The notes: generated by a model not told the origin, from the sequence alone. A DNA stretch of 64,000 nucleotides from Methanobacteriota archaeon (GCA_027064425.1 JAMOPO010000015.1:352001-416000); one strand, 5' to 3'. Shown: positions 19,382-28,826, numbered from the stretch's first letter. Translations and numbers: made by a program.

Positions 19382-19440
19382 TTTCGGCCCCCGTCATACT
19401 CATCACCGCTCAGAGGGGACAATGGTTCCTCATCAACCAG
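19382..19440 (-). ncRNA. Candidate C/D box guide sRNA
   Basis: Minus strand: TTGATGA-GGAACCATTGTCCCCT-CTGA-GCG-GTGATGA-12nt-CCGA; D' guide antisense to GGGGACAAUGG, which resembles the archaeal 16S 3' major domain (recalled, unverified). Confidence 0.75.
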
Positions 19441-19460
19441 CGTGATCGGGGTCAGCGTGA

Positions 19461-19541
19461 GCGTGTGCCCGGCGGCTTGCCCGCCCCCTCATCCCGACCC
19501 GCGAAGGGAGCGTCAGGGACGGCCTCCGGGCTTTACCGGGC
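19461..19541 (-). ncRNA. Candidate H/ACA guide RNA
   Basis: Lower stem GCCCGG/CCGGGC followed by ACA, upper stem with K-turn (CTGA..GATGA), 15 nt from upper stem to ACA. Confidence 0.55.
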
Positions 19542-19615
19542 TGCCGACCGGTCGGGGCATCCCCGGCGGTCGGGGAGACCGCCCGGTTCCCGACCGGGCG
19601 CCCTCGGACTGCCAG

Positions 19616-19632
19616 GATCTATAATCGTTTCC
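19616..19632. promoter_or_regulatory. Candidate BRE-TATA promoter for the sRNA cluster and/or 19670 gene
   Basis: Minus strand GGAAACGATTATAGATC; only AT-rich patch in the intergenic region. Confidence 0.5.
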
Positions 19633-19669
19633 GCCAAGAACCAGCGCGGTCGGCGGGGCGTGGGGAGGC

Positions 19670-20428
19670 GTGACGCTTGAGGACTACCTGGCCCGACTGA
19701 AGGAGTCCAGCGCCGTCCACGAGCCGGACCTGAGGATCCCCGTGAAGCGGGCCCTACTGCCCTGGGTGCTGACCTACGCGTCGTGGGTCGGGATGGCGCT
19801 GCTACCGGGGCCCGAGCGACTCCACGCGCCGCACCCGGGACACTTTGCGCTGCTGGGAGCGGCCGCGCTCGCGGTCCTGGGCACGCTGCTGGTGGGCGAG
19901 GCCCTCTACCTGTATTACCTTTACCTGCTGATCCGGCGCCGCAACGAGCACTTCGAGCGCTCGCACCGGTTCTTCCTGGCCCTGGTAAGGCTGCTCCGAG
20001 AGGCCGGGTACGAGGACGTATCGGCGCTCGAGCTGAAGGTGGAGGAGCTGAGGAGGGAGCCCAAGAACCCGGTCCTCTGGGTGATCCTCTCGCTGGTCCC
20101 GGTGCTGGGGCTCCTGGCCGTCCTTTACGTGTACCACTCGCTGAATCGAGACTTCCACGAGCACTCCGTCGTGGAACGCAGCCTGGTGGAGGGCGTGGCC
20201 CGGGCCCTGGGAATGAGCCCGTACGAGCCCCCGTTCGAGGTGGAGGAGCTGGAACCGGTGCCGCGGCGGAGCACCGGCCTGTACCTGCTGCTGACGCTGC
20301 TAACGCTCGGGGTCTTCTCCGCGTACTGGTGGTACACCCTGGTACGGGACCCGAACGGGCACTTCCGGGCACACGAGCGGTTCGAACGGCGGCTGATTAG
20401 GGCGATAGAGGAGGGGATGGGAGGGTGA
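19670..20428 (+). CDS. Membrane protein, DUF4234-like
   Basis: LIRRRNEHFER, LLTLLTLGVFSAYWWY..DPNGHFRAH; several TM helices. Confidence 0.75.
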   Translation: MTLEDYLARLKESSAVHEPDLRIPVKRALLPWVLTYASWVGMALLPGPERLHAPHPGHFALLGAAALAVLGTLLVGEALYLYYLYLLIRRRNEHFERSHRFFLALVRLLREAGYEDVSALELKVEELRREPKNPVLWVILSLVPVLGLLAVLYVYHSLNRDFHEHSVVERSLVEGVARALGMSPYEPPFEVEELEPVPRRSTGLYLLLTLLTLGVFSAYWWYTLVRDPNGHFRAHERFERRLIRAIEEGMGG

Positions 20429-20429
20429 C

Positions 20430-23400
20430 TCAGCCCCCTACCTCCTTCAGCAGCTCGGCCAGCAGGCCGATGAGGCCGCGCTCGTTGAGCAGCTCCCGCG
20501 CGCGGTCCGAGAGTCGGTACGCGTCTCCAACGGGTTCGAACAGGTCCGTCTGGGCCAGTCGTCCAAGCTCCTTCTCGGAGAAGGTCGCGTCCGCGCCCTC
20601 CCGGGCCACTCGCCGCAGCACGTCGATGGCGGCGTCGCTTAGCCGCTCCGCCAGCTCGGGCGGTAGGCGCAGCTCCTCGATGAGGGCGGTCGTCTCCTCC
20701 TCGCCATCGCCGGGCAGCTGGGCCCGGCAGGCGTAGAACTCGGTTTCCTCGTACTCCCGGGCCCTGTCGATGACCCAGCCGAGCACGGGCGTCTGGACGC
20801 GGCCGGCGCTGAGCCAGGTCATGGCCTCCAGCTCGACGTCCGGCTCGACCTCCTCGCCGTTGACCACCGCCCGGACCTCCACGGCGTCCTCCCGGACCGA
20901 CTCGGCGTCGCCGAGCTCCCGGTTCTCGTCCATGAGGGTGGCGACATAGGTGACCTGGCCACCCCGGGAGATGCGCGTCCGAACGACGTACTCATCGCCC
21001 TCTCGGCGCACGCGGACGGGCCGGGACGGGACGTCCTCGTCCTCGAACCGGCGGCGGAAGTCAATGATCTTCACGCCCTCGGGCAGGCGGATACGGAGCT
21101 CGATGAACGTGCCGCGGTCACGCTCGCCCAGGTCGATGGTGAGGAGCTTGAACACCTCCCACAGGTCCTGGGACAGTGCGAAGCCGATCCACCGGTCGGC
21201 GACCCGGCGGAGGATCTGGGCGGACACGCGCCCGGCGTCCACGTCCTTCCAGTTCTCCTCCTCCAGCGCCTCGGAGATGCCGCGCCGGGTGACCTCGTGG
21301 AACTCGGTCCGGTGAACCTCCGCGGTGACCCAGCCGAGGTAGTTGAACACGTCCCACCCGATCTTCTCTCCCTCGGTGTCCGGGTCCGTGCCGATCAGGA
21401 TGACGTCGGCCTCGGCGGCGAGGTCCCGGATGGATTCCAGGAGTGGCGTCTTCAGCTCAACCTCGCCACCGCAGTTCGGGCACTCCTCGCGGCCCACGAC
21501 CTGCTCACCGCACTCCCGGCACCGGCCCAGCACGTCGTACACCGGCACCCACCGATCACCCACCTGCTCCACACCGAAGACGCCCTCGTCCTCCACGAGG
21601 TCCGCGACGTGGCCCTGCGTGGCGACAACGGTCAGGTGCAGGCCCTCGGCCGCGGCCTCGTAGGCCACGCCACCGTCCAGCCGGCGCCGGGAGGGCCGGC
21701 GCGAGAACAGGGAGGCGATCATCCGGGCCTTGTTCGGCGATTCGACGATCATCAGGGCCGAGCGGGCGAGCTTGCCGGCCTCCTCCGGCTCGAGCTCGCC
21801 CCGGAGGATCTTGCGCACGCGCTCCCGGTCGTCGTCCACCTTCTCCACCAGCTCGTCCAGCTCCTCCTCGGACACGCCCTCCAGGTTCAGGCCGATGTCG
21901 TCCGCCGTGAGCTCCTCCGGGTAGGACTTCCACTCGAACTCGGTCCCGTACGTGTACGACATTCGCCGGATCAGGCCGTTGAGCAGCCGGAGCTCCCGGT
22001 CGTCGTCCGGATCGCAGAGGACGAAGGACAGGCCGAAGGTCACGCCGCCGGCGAAGAGCCGGCTCACGCGCCCGCTGGCCTGTACGTACGTTCTCAGGTC
22101 CGGCACCTCGAGGAACGAGTCACCATCCTCCTCTCGCACGGCCACCGTGGTCGCCTCGCGCGCGAGCCGCTCCACCCGCTCCCGATCACCGAGCAGGTTC
22201 AGCAGCTCCCTCACGCCCTCGGCCAGCGTGCGGACGTTCCGGGCCAGCCAGGGCTCCACGTCCAGCTCGTCGGCGATCTCGTCCGCGTTCCGGTCGGCCA
22301 GGTCCTGGAGCTCCTCGATGGAGAGGTCCTCCACGGCCTCCTCGACCCGCTCCCGGTACCAGGCGCCGCGCCGGACGATCCGCCAGAGCCGGCCGGCGAC
22401 GCCCTCGAGCCGGCTCCGCAGCTGGGTGTCGTCGATTAGGCGCGCAAGGTTGGACAGGGCGGAGGCGACGTAGGTCACGTCCTTCAGATCCTCCTCCTCG
22501 GGCGTCAGCCGGATGCGCTGGCGCGGGACCCCGTAGAAGACGGCGTACCGGGCCGCCTGGGGTAAGTCGAGCCCGCGCACGATAACGCCGTACGGGCTGG
22601 CGACGGCGACGAGGACGTCCACCTCACCCTCCGCGAACGCGTCGATGGCCTCCTCGCGCTCCTCGGCCGACGTGCCGGCGTGGACCGCCCGCGCCTCTAT
22701 CCCGTGCTCTCGCAGGTGCTCGGCGATCTCCTCCGCCACCTCGCGCGCCCGCTCACCGCCGGGCAGACGCTGCGGTACGAAGACGAGGCCGCCCTCCGGA
22801 CCCACGCGCTCGACGACCTCGCGCACGGCCTCCGGGGACGGCTCTTTCGGCACGACCAGGTCCTGGATGTTCCGGAGCCCCTCGCCGCCGGCGCCCACCT
22901 CGAAGTCGAAGAGCTCCCGAACGACCGCGAGCCTCCGGGATGGAGCGGCGGCTCCGGTCGCGCTCATGAAGACGATCTGAGCGAGATCCCGCCCTTTAGC
23001 CTCCTCAACCTCCTCCTCCAGCTCCTCGAGCTCCTTCTCGAGCTCCTCCAGGTCGCGCCGGACGCGCTCGGCCCGCTCCTCTTCGCCGCGCTCCTCCAGT
23101 GACTCGAGCCAGTCGCGCAGCGAGTAGTACCGGCGCCGGAGGTTCGCGAGACGGTACGCGGCGTCGATCTCGTCCTGCTCCAGGCCCGCCACCCGGAGGA
23201 CGCGGTCGACGTTCCGGCCGGTACCGCGGATGATCGCGTCCACGTCGTCGACGAAGATCACGTCGAAGTCGAGCCGCTCGAGCTCCTCCACGCGGTGGAC
23301 CAGGAACTGGGCGGTGGTGATCAGGACGTCGAAGTCGCCCTCGCGGATGCGCTCCTGGGCCCTTCGCCGGCGCTCGTCGGGCATGGCCGCGTGGTAGCTG

Positions 23401-24116
23401 ACGACCTCGACGTCGAGGCCGGCCCGCTCGGCGAGATCGCGGATGCGCTCCTCGACCTGGCGGACGAGGGTGGTCGTGGGCACGATATAGTACACGCGCC
23501 GGCCCGCGTGGGCCAGGAGGGCGCTCATCAGCGAGGCCCAGGAGGTCTTACCCGTGCCGGTCGGGGCCAGGATCGAGAAGCTGCAGCCACGGATCAGGCG
23601 CCGCGTCCACACGGCTTGGGCGGAGTACAGCCGGAACCCGGTCGCCTCCTCGAACGCGCGGTTCGCGATCTCGGTGAAGAGCTCGGGCCAAACGTGCTCG
23701 CGGAAGAACTCCTCGACGCGCTCGCGGTCGACCTCGCCCCGCTCGGCCCGGTCGCGGAGGAGCTTGAGCACCAGGAGAACCTCGCCCACGGTCCCGTGCT
23801 CCTTCCGGGCGGTCTTGAGCGCGTCCAGGAGCCGATCCGTCTCGTAGGGGAGGCAGCGCTCGCAGATGCCGATGCGAGAGGTGAGCCGGATCGAGGAGCA
23901 GTCGCCACCGCAGATCACGCACGCGGAGCCGAAGATGGCGACGGGCTCGTTCGGGTCCGTCCCGGAGATGTCCTTCTCGCGGACCCGGTCCGGGTCCTCC
24001 AGGTGCTCCTCCAGCCGCTCGGACAGCCGCTCGATGGTCTCAGAACACTCCTGAAGGATCGGCTCGGCGAGGTCCTGGAAGCCCTCTGGGACGAGCTCCA
24101 GCACGTCATCCAGCAT
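20430..24116 (-). CDS. rgyB: Reverse gyrase subunit B (helicase + Toprim part of split enzyme)
   Basis: Zn finger, APTGTGKT, DDVD, SAT, QASGRVSR, IVESPNKA, DPDTEGE, SAGRVQTP; ends without the catalytic-Tyr segment. Confidence 0.93.
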   Translation of the reverse strand: MLDDVLELVPEGFQDLAEPILQECSETIERLSERLEEHLEDPDRVREKDISGTDPNEPVAIFGSACVICGGDCSSIRLTSRIGICERCLPYETDRLLDALKTARKEHGTVGEVLLVLKLLRDRAERGEVDRERVEEFFREHVWPELFTEIANRAFEEATGFRLYSAQAVWTRRLIRGCSFSILAPTGTGKTSWASLMSALLAHAGRRVYYIVPTTTLVRQVEERIRDLAERAGLDVEVVSYHAAMPDERRRRAQERIREGDFDVLITTAQFLVHRVEELERLDFDVIFVDDVDAIIRGTGRNVDRVLRVAGLEQDEIDAAYRLANLRRRYYSLRDWLESLEERGEEERAERVRRDLEELEKELEELEEEVEEAKGRDLAQIVFMSATGAAAPSRRLAVVRELFDFEVGAGGEGLRNIQDLVVPKEPSPEAVREVVERVGPEGGLVFVPQRLPGGERAREVAEEIAEHLREHGIEARAVHAGTSAEEREEAIDAFAEGEVDVLVAVASPYGVIVRGLDLPQAARYAVFYGVPRQRIRLTPEEEDLKDVTYVASALSNLARLIDDTQLRSRLEGVAGRLWRIVRRGAWYRERVEEAVEDLSIEELQDLADRNADEIADELDVEPWLARNVRTLAEGVRELLNLLGDRERVERLAREATTVAVREEDGDSFLEVPDLRTYVQASGRVSRLFAGGVTFGLSFVLCDPDDDRELRLLNGLIRRMSYTYGTEFEWKSYPEELTADDIGLNLEGVSEEELDELVEKVDDDRERVRKILRGELEPEEAGKLARSALMIVESPNKARMIASLFSRRPSRRRLDGGVAYEAAAEGLHLTVVATQGHVADLVEDEGVFGVEQVGDRWVPVYDVLGRCRECGEQVVGREECPNCGGEVELKTPLLESIRDLAAEADVILIGTDPDTEGEKIGWDVFNYLGWVTAEVHRTEFHEVTRRGISEALEEENWKDVDAGRVSAQILRRVADRWIGFALSQDLWEVFKLLTIDLGERDRGTFIELRIRLPEGVKIIDFRRRFEDEDVPSRPVRVRREGDEYVVRTRISRGGQVTYVATLMDENRELGDAESVREDAVEVRAVVNGEEVEPDVELEAMTWLSAGRVQTPVLGWVIDRAREYEETEFYACRAQLPGDGEEETTALIEELRLPPELAERLSDAAIDVLRRVAREGADATFSEKELGRLAQTDLFEPVGDAYRLSDRARELLNERGLIGLLAELLKEVGG

Positions 24117-24696
24117 CGTCTTTCAGCCCCTCGACGGCGCGAACGAGTCGTTCTAGTCGGGCGTGGCCCCTGGCCAGCAGCCGGTTGCACATCTCGACCA
24201 GGTGAGGCCAGGCCTCCCTCCTGATCGTCTCGCGCCCGTCGATCTTGACGGGCACTTCCATGCGCTCGGAGCCGAGGATCTCCACCACCACTTTTGAATC
24301 TTTGATCGAGCGGATGGAGGAGGCCTTGAACCCGGCCTCGGAGGCGGCGGAGCGCAGGCGCCGGGCCGCCTCCAGGTCGCGGCACAGGACGTGGAAGAGC
24401 GGCGGCTGGGCCTTCAGCCACGTGAGACCCTCGTCCGGGGCGCGCCGGACGGCCTCGCGCACCTCCTCCACCTCGACCGGCTCGTGCCACTTCGCGACGA
24501 ACTCGGAGCCGCGCTTGTCCCCCACCTCGGGCTCGTGGAGCACGATGATGCGGCCCGAGCAGCTGCTCGTCGTGCAGTAGTCCGGGAGCGAGTTGATCGC
24601 CTCGAGGACGGGGATCGCCGGCTCGTCCACCTCGCCCCGCTCGATCGCCTCCTCGAGCTGGCGGAGGCGGCGCCGCTTCTCGCCCTCCCAGTGCAA
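24106..24696 (-). CDS. taw3: tRNA wyosine-pathway methyltransferase Tyw3/Taw3
   Basis: INSLPDYCTTSSCSGRI, KWH, QPPLFHV, AGFKASSI. Confidence 0.9.
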   Translation of the reverse strand: MHWEGEKRRRLRQLEEAIERGEVDEPAIPVLEAINSLPDYCTTSSCSGRIIVLHEPEVGDKRGSEFVAKWHEPVEVEEVREAVRRAPDEGLTWLKAQPPLFHVLCRDLEAARRLRSAASEAGFKASSIRSIKDSKVVVEILGSERMEVPVKIDGRETIRREAWPHLVEMCNRLLARGHARLERLVRAVEGLKDDAG

Positions 24697-24753
24697 GGTC
24701 AGTGCCGCCTGAGCTCCTCATTTATCCTCGGCGTTCGGTCGCCTCATCATCCG
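24697..24753 (-). ncRNA. Candidate C/D box guide sRNA in taw3 5' region
   Basis: Minus: ATGATGA-12nt-CCGA..AAATGA-15nt-CTGA. Confidence 0.75.
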
Positions 24754-24764
24754 GGGGCTCGGGG

Positions 24765-25784
24765 TTGAAGGATCTCCGGAACTGTAAACTCTGCGCCTGG
24801 GAGTGCGGAGTAGACCGGCTCGAAGGCGAGCGCGGGGTCTGCCGGGTTACGGAGCCCGTCGTGGCCTCGAAACAGCTGCACCCGGCCCCGCCCGCGAGCT
24901 ACACGGTGTTTATGGCCGGGTGCAACTACCGCTGCCTGAACTGCCAGAACTGGGACATCGCGCACTTCCCGGACAACCCGGAGGGGCGCGTGCTCGGGTA
25001 CCAGGACCCGAAGGAGCTGGCCGTCGAGGCCGTGAACATGATCGAAACGCCGCAGGGTCGCGCGATCGGCGCCGACCGAATCTTCTTCTCCGGGGGCGAG
25101 CCGACCGTTCACCTCCCCTACGTTGAGAAAGTCGTCGAGCACTTCCGCGAGACGACGGACATCTGGAAGGTCAACTTCGACACGAACGGGTTCGCCACGC
25201 GGAAGAGCATGCGGCGGATCATCCGGCTCGCGGACTCGATCACGTTCGACTTCAAGGCGTACTCGGACGAGCTGCACCGCGCGATCACCGGCGCGCCCGT
25301 GGAACCCGTTCTCCGGAACCTGGAGCTGCTGATCCCCTCCCACCTGGACCTGATCTGGGAGGTCCGGATCCTGCTGATCCCGGAGGCGCACGACGAGGAG
25401 GAGATCCGGAGTATGTGCGAGTTCCTGGCGGACCTGGACGAGTCCGTTCCCGTCTGCTTCCTGGCCTTCCGGCCGAACTTCGTCCTGGAGCGGCACCCGG
25501 GCGCGCCGCGGAAGCTCATGCAGCGGGCCGTGGAGATCGCGCGGGAGTGCGGGCTGGAGAACGCCTCCTGGTCGGGGCTGCCGGACCTCGAGGGCGAGGT
25601 CCCGCCCAGGGTCCGGGAGCGTCGGGAGAGGCTGCGGGAGCGGTACGACGGGCACGAGGGCGCCGCCCTGATGGCCGGTTACGCCCGCGAGGCTGGGTGC
25701 CCGTGCCACCCGCGGGACTGCCTGAGCTGCTCGAAGATGAGCGAGTGCCCGGTGAAGCGGTACCGGGCGGCGCGCCGGACGTAG
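24765..25784 (+). CDS. Radical SAM protein (PflA/PflX-like) with extra Cys clusters
   Basis: CNYRCLNCQN, SGGEPT, DTNG; N- and C-terminal Cys motifs; TTG start 24765. Confidence 0.85.
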   Translation: MKDLRNCKLCAWECGVDRLEGERGVCRVTEPVVASKQLHPAPPASYTVFMAGCNYRCLNCQNWDIAHFPDNPEGRVLGYQDPKELAVEAVNMIETPQGRAIGADRIFFSGGEPTVHLPYVEKVVEHFRETTDIWKVNFDTNGFATRKSMRRIIRLADSITFDFKAYSDELHRAITGAPVEPVLRNLELLIPSHLDLIWEVRILLIPEAHDEEEIRSMCEFLADLDESVPVCFLAFRPNFVLERHPGAPRKLMQRAVEIARECGLENASWSGLPDLEGEVPPRVRERRERLRERYDGHEGAALMAGYAREAGCPCHPRDCLSCSKMSECPVKRYRAARRT

Positions 25785-26333
25785 CTACTCACGCCAGCGC
25801 TGGAACTCCTTGAACCGGCGCTTGATTCGGCCCGGGACGCCGGGAGGGCTGAGCTCGCCCAGGTACCCGCGACCGTCCTCCTCCGAGATCCTGACCTCCT
25901 CCCGCAGCTCGGCCCGAAGGAGGAACTCGCACAGGCCCGCGTTCCGGATCACCGCGTCCCGTGGACGGAGCGTGACGGACCAGACGTAGTACACCTTGAA
26001 GGCCGTGTCCGGGAACATCCCGCCCCCGAGGTCGACCGCGAGCACGTCGCACGAGGGCTCGCCGAGGGCCTCAAGCACCCGCTCGAGCGTCTCATACTCC
26101 CGGGCGTCGCCCGGGACGAACGTCAGCTCCTCATGCTCCCGCTCCAGCTCGGCCATGGCCTCGCGCGCCTCCTCCCCGTAGTCCACGGCCACGACTCGCT
26201 CCGGACCGCGGCTTAGGATCCTCCGCGTGGCCGCGCCCTTGTGGCAGCCGAGCTCCACGACGGTGTCGCCCTCCCGCACGACTTCCCCGAGAAGCTCCCG
26301 GTAGCGGTCCACGGATCGCACGAGCGCGATCAA
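25785..26333 (-). CDS. Class I SAM-dependent methyltransferase-like protein
   Basis: VVELGCHKG, VVAVD, GDA motifs. Confidence 0.8.
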   Translation of the reverse strand: MIALVRSVDRYRELLGEVVREGDTVVELGCHKGAATRRILSRGPERVVAVDYGEEAREAMAELEREHEELTFVPGDAREYETLERVLEALGEPSCDVLAVDLGGGMFPDTAFKVYYVWSVTLRPRDAVIRNAGLCEFLLRAELREEVRISEEDGRGYLGELSPPGVPGRIKRRFKEFQRWRE

Positions 26334-26378
26334 GCTCGGGCCCCGCTAGGCTTTTGTTCGGGCGGTGCGCGGATCCCG

Positions 26379-26446
26379 CCGGATGATGACGGTTTCAGGC
26401 GCCGAGTTCGGCCGGGGATGCGGATATCTCCCCGCACTGACCCCGG
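26379..26446 (+). ncRNA. Candidate C/D box guide sRNA
   Basis: ATGATGA-CGGTTTCAGGCG-CCGA..CTGA with CCGG terminal stem; guide antisense to the conserved 23S CCUGAAACCG. Confidence 0.78.
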
Positions 26447-26512
26447 AGGGTGACGAGGGCCTTCCGGGGACCGAAGGGGGTGACGAGACCGGCCCGCGCT
26501 ACCGACTCCGGG
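26442..26512 (+). ncRNA. Candidate C/D box sRNA with variant GTGACGA boxes
   Basis: GTGACGA-14nt-CCGA..GTGACGA-15nt-CCGA enclosed by 7-bp CCCGGAG/CTCCGGG stem. Confidence 0.6.
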
Positions 26513-27602
26513 TGACCACCACCACCGCCTTCCTGTTGTTCACCCCCACCCGGAACCGCTCCTCCGCGATCACCTCGCCGCCCAGCTCCCTCCTCAAGCG
26601 CCGGATCATCCGACCATAGTAACGGTCGCCGATGGACAGGCCGACCCCGTACTCGCCGAGGTCCAGGGTGGCGTGGCCGGCCCCGTCGATGTTCTTCCCG
26701 TGCGCCAGCCGGGTTAGGATGCTCCTGATCATGGCCGCGCTCGGCGGCGCGTCACCCGTCACGATCTCCCTGACCTCCTCCAGCGCCTCCTCCACCAGCT
26801 CCTGCGCCATCCCGCCGATCTCGAGGCCCCGAAGCTCCGTCAGGTCCGCCCGCGTGGTGCGGTGGCCCTCGATCAACGAGCCGTCGACCCACTCCCGCAG
26901 CACCAGCTTGGCCGCCCCCTCCAGGTCCCGGCCGAGCCGGTCGGCGATGTCCCGGAGGACCTCCTCCGGATCGTCCCTCTCCTCGACGTCGAAGCGCTCC
27001 TCGATCGCGCCGGGGTACTCGCGCAGCACCCGGTCGATCACGCGGGTCGCCGGGGTGACCGGGTCCTCAAGCACGTCCGGGTCGAGGGCACCGGCCTCCT
27101 CCCCGACCTCCTCCGTCGGCACGACTCCCGGCGAGTCGATGACGAGGAGCTTCCGGCTCCCGCGCACCCACATCTTGCCCCTCGTGTAGCCGGCCTCCCG
27201 TGACGTCTCGGTGGCCGACCGCCGGACGAGCGCGTTGATGAGCATGGACTTGCCGACGTTCTGCACGCCCACGACGCCCACGCGCACGGTCTCCACGTCC
27301 TCCGGCGCAACCTCGAAGATCGCGCGCCGCAGGTAGCGGATGCCCATACGCTCTCGGGCACTCACGTAAACCGTGGGCACTCCCTCCTCCGCCTCGATGC
27401 GCTCCTTGATCTCCTCCGCCCGGACCCGCGGGACCAGGTCCGCCTTGTTGAGCACGACCACCCGGGTGTAGTCGAACACGTCCTCGAGCCGCTCGAGCCG
27501 GTCCCACCGGGTCTCCTCCGGGTACCGGATGTCCCGGACGTCGAGGACCACGTGCGCCTCGGAGAGGACGCGCATCACGTGCCGGTACCAGCGCGGCGGC
27601 AG
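26499..27602 (-). CDS. Circularly permuted GTPase (YlqF/RbgA family)
   Basis: NKADL, SAR, GVQNVGKS, YTRG, DSPG in G4-G5-G1-G2-G3 order; first canonical start 27578, CTG 27602 proposed. Confidence 0.88.
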   Translation of the reverse strand: MPPRWYRHVMRVLSEAHVVLDVRDIRYPEETRWDRLERLEDVFDYTRVVVLNKADLVPRVRAEEIKERIEAEEGVPTVYVSARERMGIRYLRRAIFEVAPEDVETVRVGVVGVQNVGKSMLINALVRRSATETSREAGYTRGKMWVRGSRKLLVIDSPGVVPTEEVGEEAGALDPDVLEDPVTPATRVIDRVLREYPGAIEERFDVEERDDPEEVLRDIADRLGRDLEGAAKLVLREWVDGSLIEGHRTTRADLTELRGLEIGGMAQELVEEALEEVREIVTGDAPPSAAMIRSILTRLAHGKNIDGAGHATLDLGEYGVGLSIGDRYYGRMIRRLRRELGGEVIAEERFRVGVNNRKAVVVVTRSR

Positions 27603-27658
27603 GGTCGCGCCCCCCTTAGCCTTTTTATCCCGGTGTTAACTCTCGGTCGGCACCGGGG

Positions 27659-28777
27659 GTGGTCGGCATTAAATCTGACCTCGAGGTTCTGGAGACGCTG
27701 CAGCGGGACGTAGAGCCGGCCCAGGACGGAGCACTCCCGCGGCTGGTCGACGAGAAGATCGTCAAGGAGCTGTACGAGCAGGGTGAGCTGTTCGCCTCCT
27801 TCGGCGCCTACTACCGGCGGGAGAAGGGCTGCAAGGTGATGAAGGCGGCCGTGGACGGGGGCTTCGTTTGCCCGAACAAGGACGGTAGGATCTCGAAGGT
27901 GGGGTGCCTGTTCTGCCCGAAGATGGGCCGTACGATCATCACGCCCAACGTGGACCCGAAGAAGAAGATCGAGGAGCAGGCTAAGAAGCAGATGGAGGTC
28001 TTCCGGGAGCGGTACGGGGCGGAGAAGTTCCTCGTCTACTTCTACCCGGCGACGAACACGTACGCGCCGCCGGACGTGCTGGAGGAGCTGTACAACCGGG
28101 CGCTGGAGATGGAGGACGTGGTCGGCCTGTCCATCGGCACGCGGCCCGACTGCCTGCCGGACGAGGTCCTGGACCTGCTGGAGGATTACGTGAAGGAGGG
28201 CTACGACGTCTGGCTGGAGATCGGCGTTCAGTCGTACCACCACCGGACGCTGATGCGGGTGCGCCGGGGTCACGGCCTGGCCGAGGTCGTGGACGCGATC
28301 ATCCGGGCCAAGGAGCGGGGCATTCGGGTGGTCAACCACATCATCTTCGGCCTGCCGGGCGAGACGCGGGCTGAGATGCTGGAGACCGTGCGGATGCTCT
28401 CGGTGCTGGGCGTTGAGGCGGTGAAGCTGTACCCGCTGGTCGTCCTGGAGCGGACGGACCTGGAGTGCCTGTACAAGAAGCGGCGGTACAAGCCGCTGAG
28501 CTACCGGGAGTACATCCGGCTGCTCGCGGACGCGCTGGAACGGATGGCGCCGACCGTGCTCATCCAGCGGCTGTCGAAGGACCGGGCGCCGGACGAGGAG
28601 GTGATCGAGCCGGAGTGGGACCTGTACCGGATGAGGGTGATCTCCGACGTGCGGAAGGAGCTGGCGCGGCGCGAGTCGCGGCAGGGTGCCAAGTACAAGG
28701 TGGGGCTGGACGCGGACGAGCTGGTGCCGCTGGTCAAGGGGGCCACGGGCGCGGAGGGCTCGGAGGTCCCGACCTAG
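27659..28777 (+). CDS. Radical SAM protein, TIGR01212/YhcC family
   Basis: GFVCPNKDG..GCLFC, TNTYAP, SIGTRPDCL, EIGVQS, HIIFGLPGE. Confidence 0.9.
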   Translation: MVGIKSDLEVLETLQRDVEPAQDGALPRLVDEKIVKELYEQGELFASFGAYYRREKGCKVMKAAVDGGFVCPNKDGRISKVGCLFCPKMGRTIITPNVDPKKKIEEQAKKQMEVFRERYGAEKFLVYFYPATNTYAPPDVLEELYNRALEMEDVVGLSIGTRPDCLPDEVLDLLEDYVKEGYDVWLEIGVQSYHHRTLMRVRRGHGLAEVVDAIIRAKERGIRVVNHIIFGLPGETRAEMLETVRMLSVLGVEAVKLYPLVVLERTDLECLYKKRRYKPLSYREYIRLLADALERMAPTVLIQRLSKDRAPDEEVIEPEWDLYRMRVISDVRKELARRESRQGAKYKVGLDADELVPLVKGATGAEGSEVPT

Positions 28778-28796
28778 CCTCCCCACGCCCGGACGC

Positions 28797-28821
28797 GTTC
28801 GTTACGAACCTCGAAACGATT
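28797..28821. repeat. Dispersed palindrome, copy 3 (GTTCGTTACGA-ACC-TCGAAACGATT)
   Basis: Between convergent radical SAM gene and RNase P RNA 3' end. Confidence 0.82.
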
Positions 28822-28826
28822 CGGCG

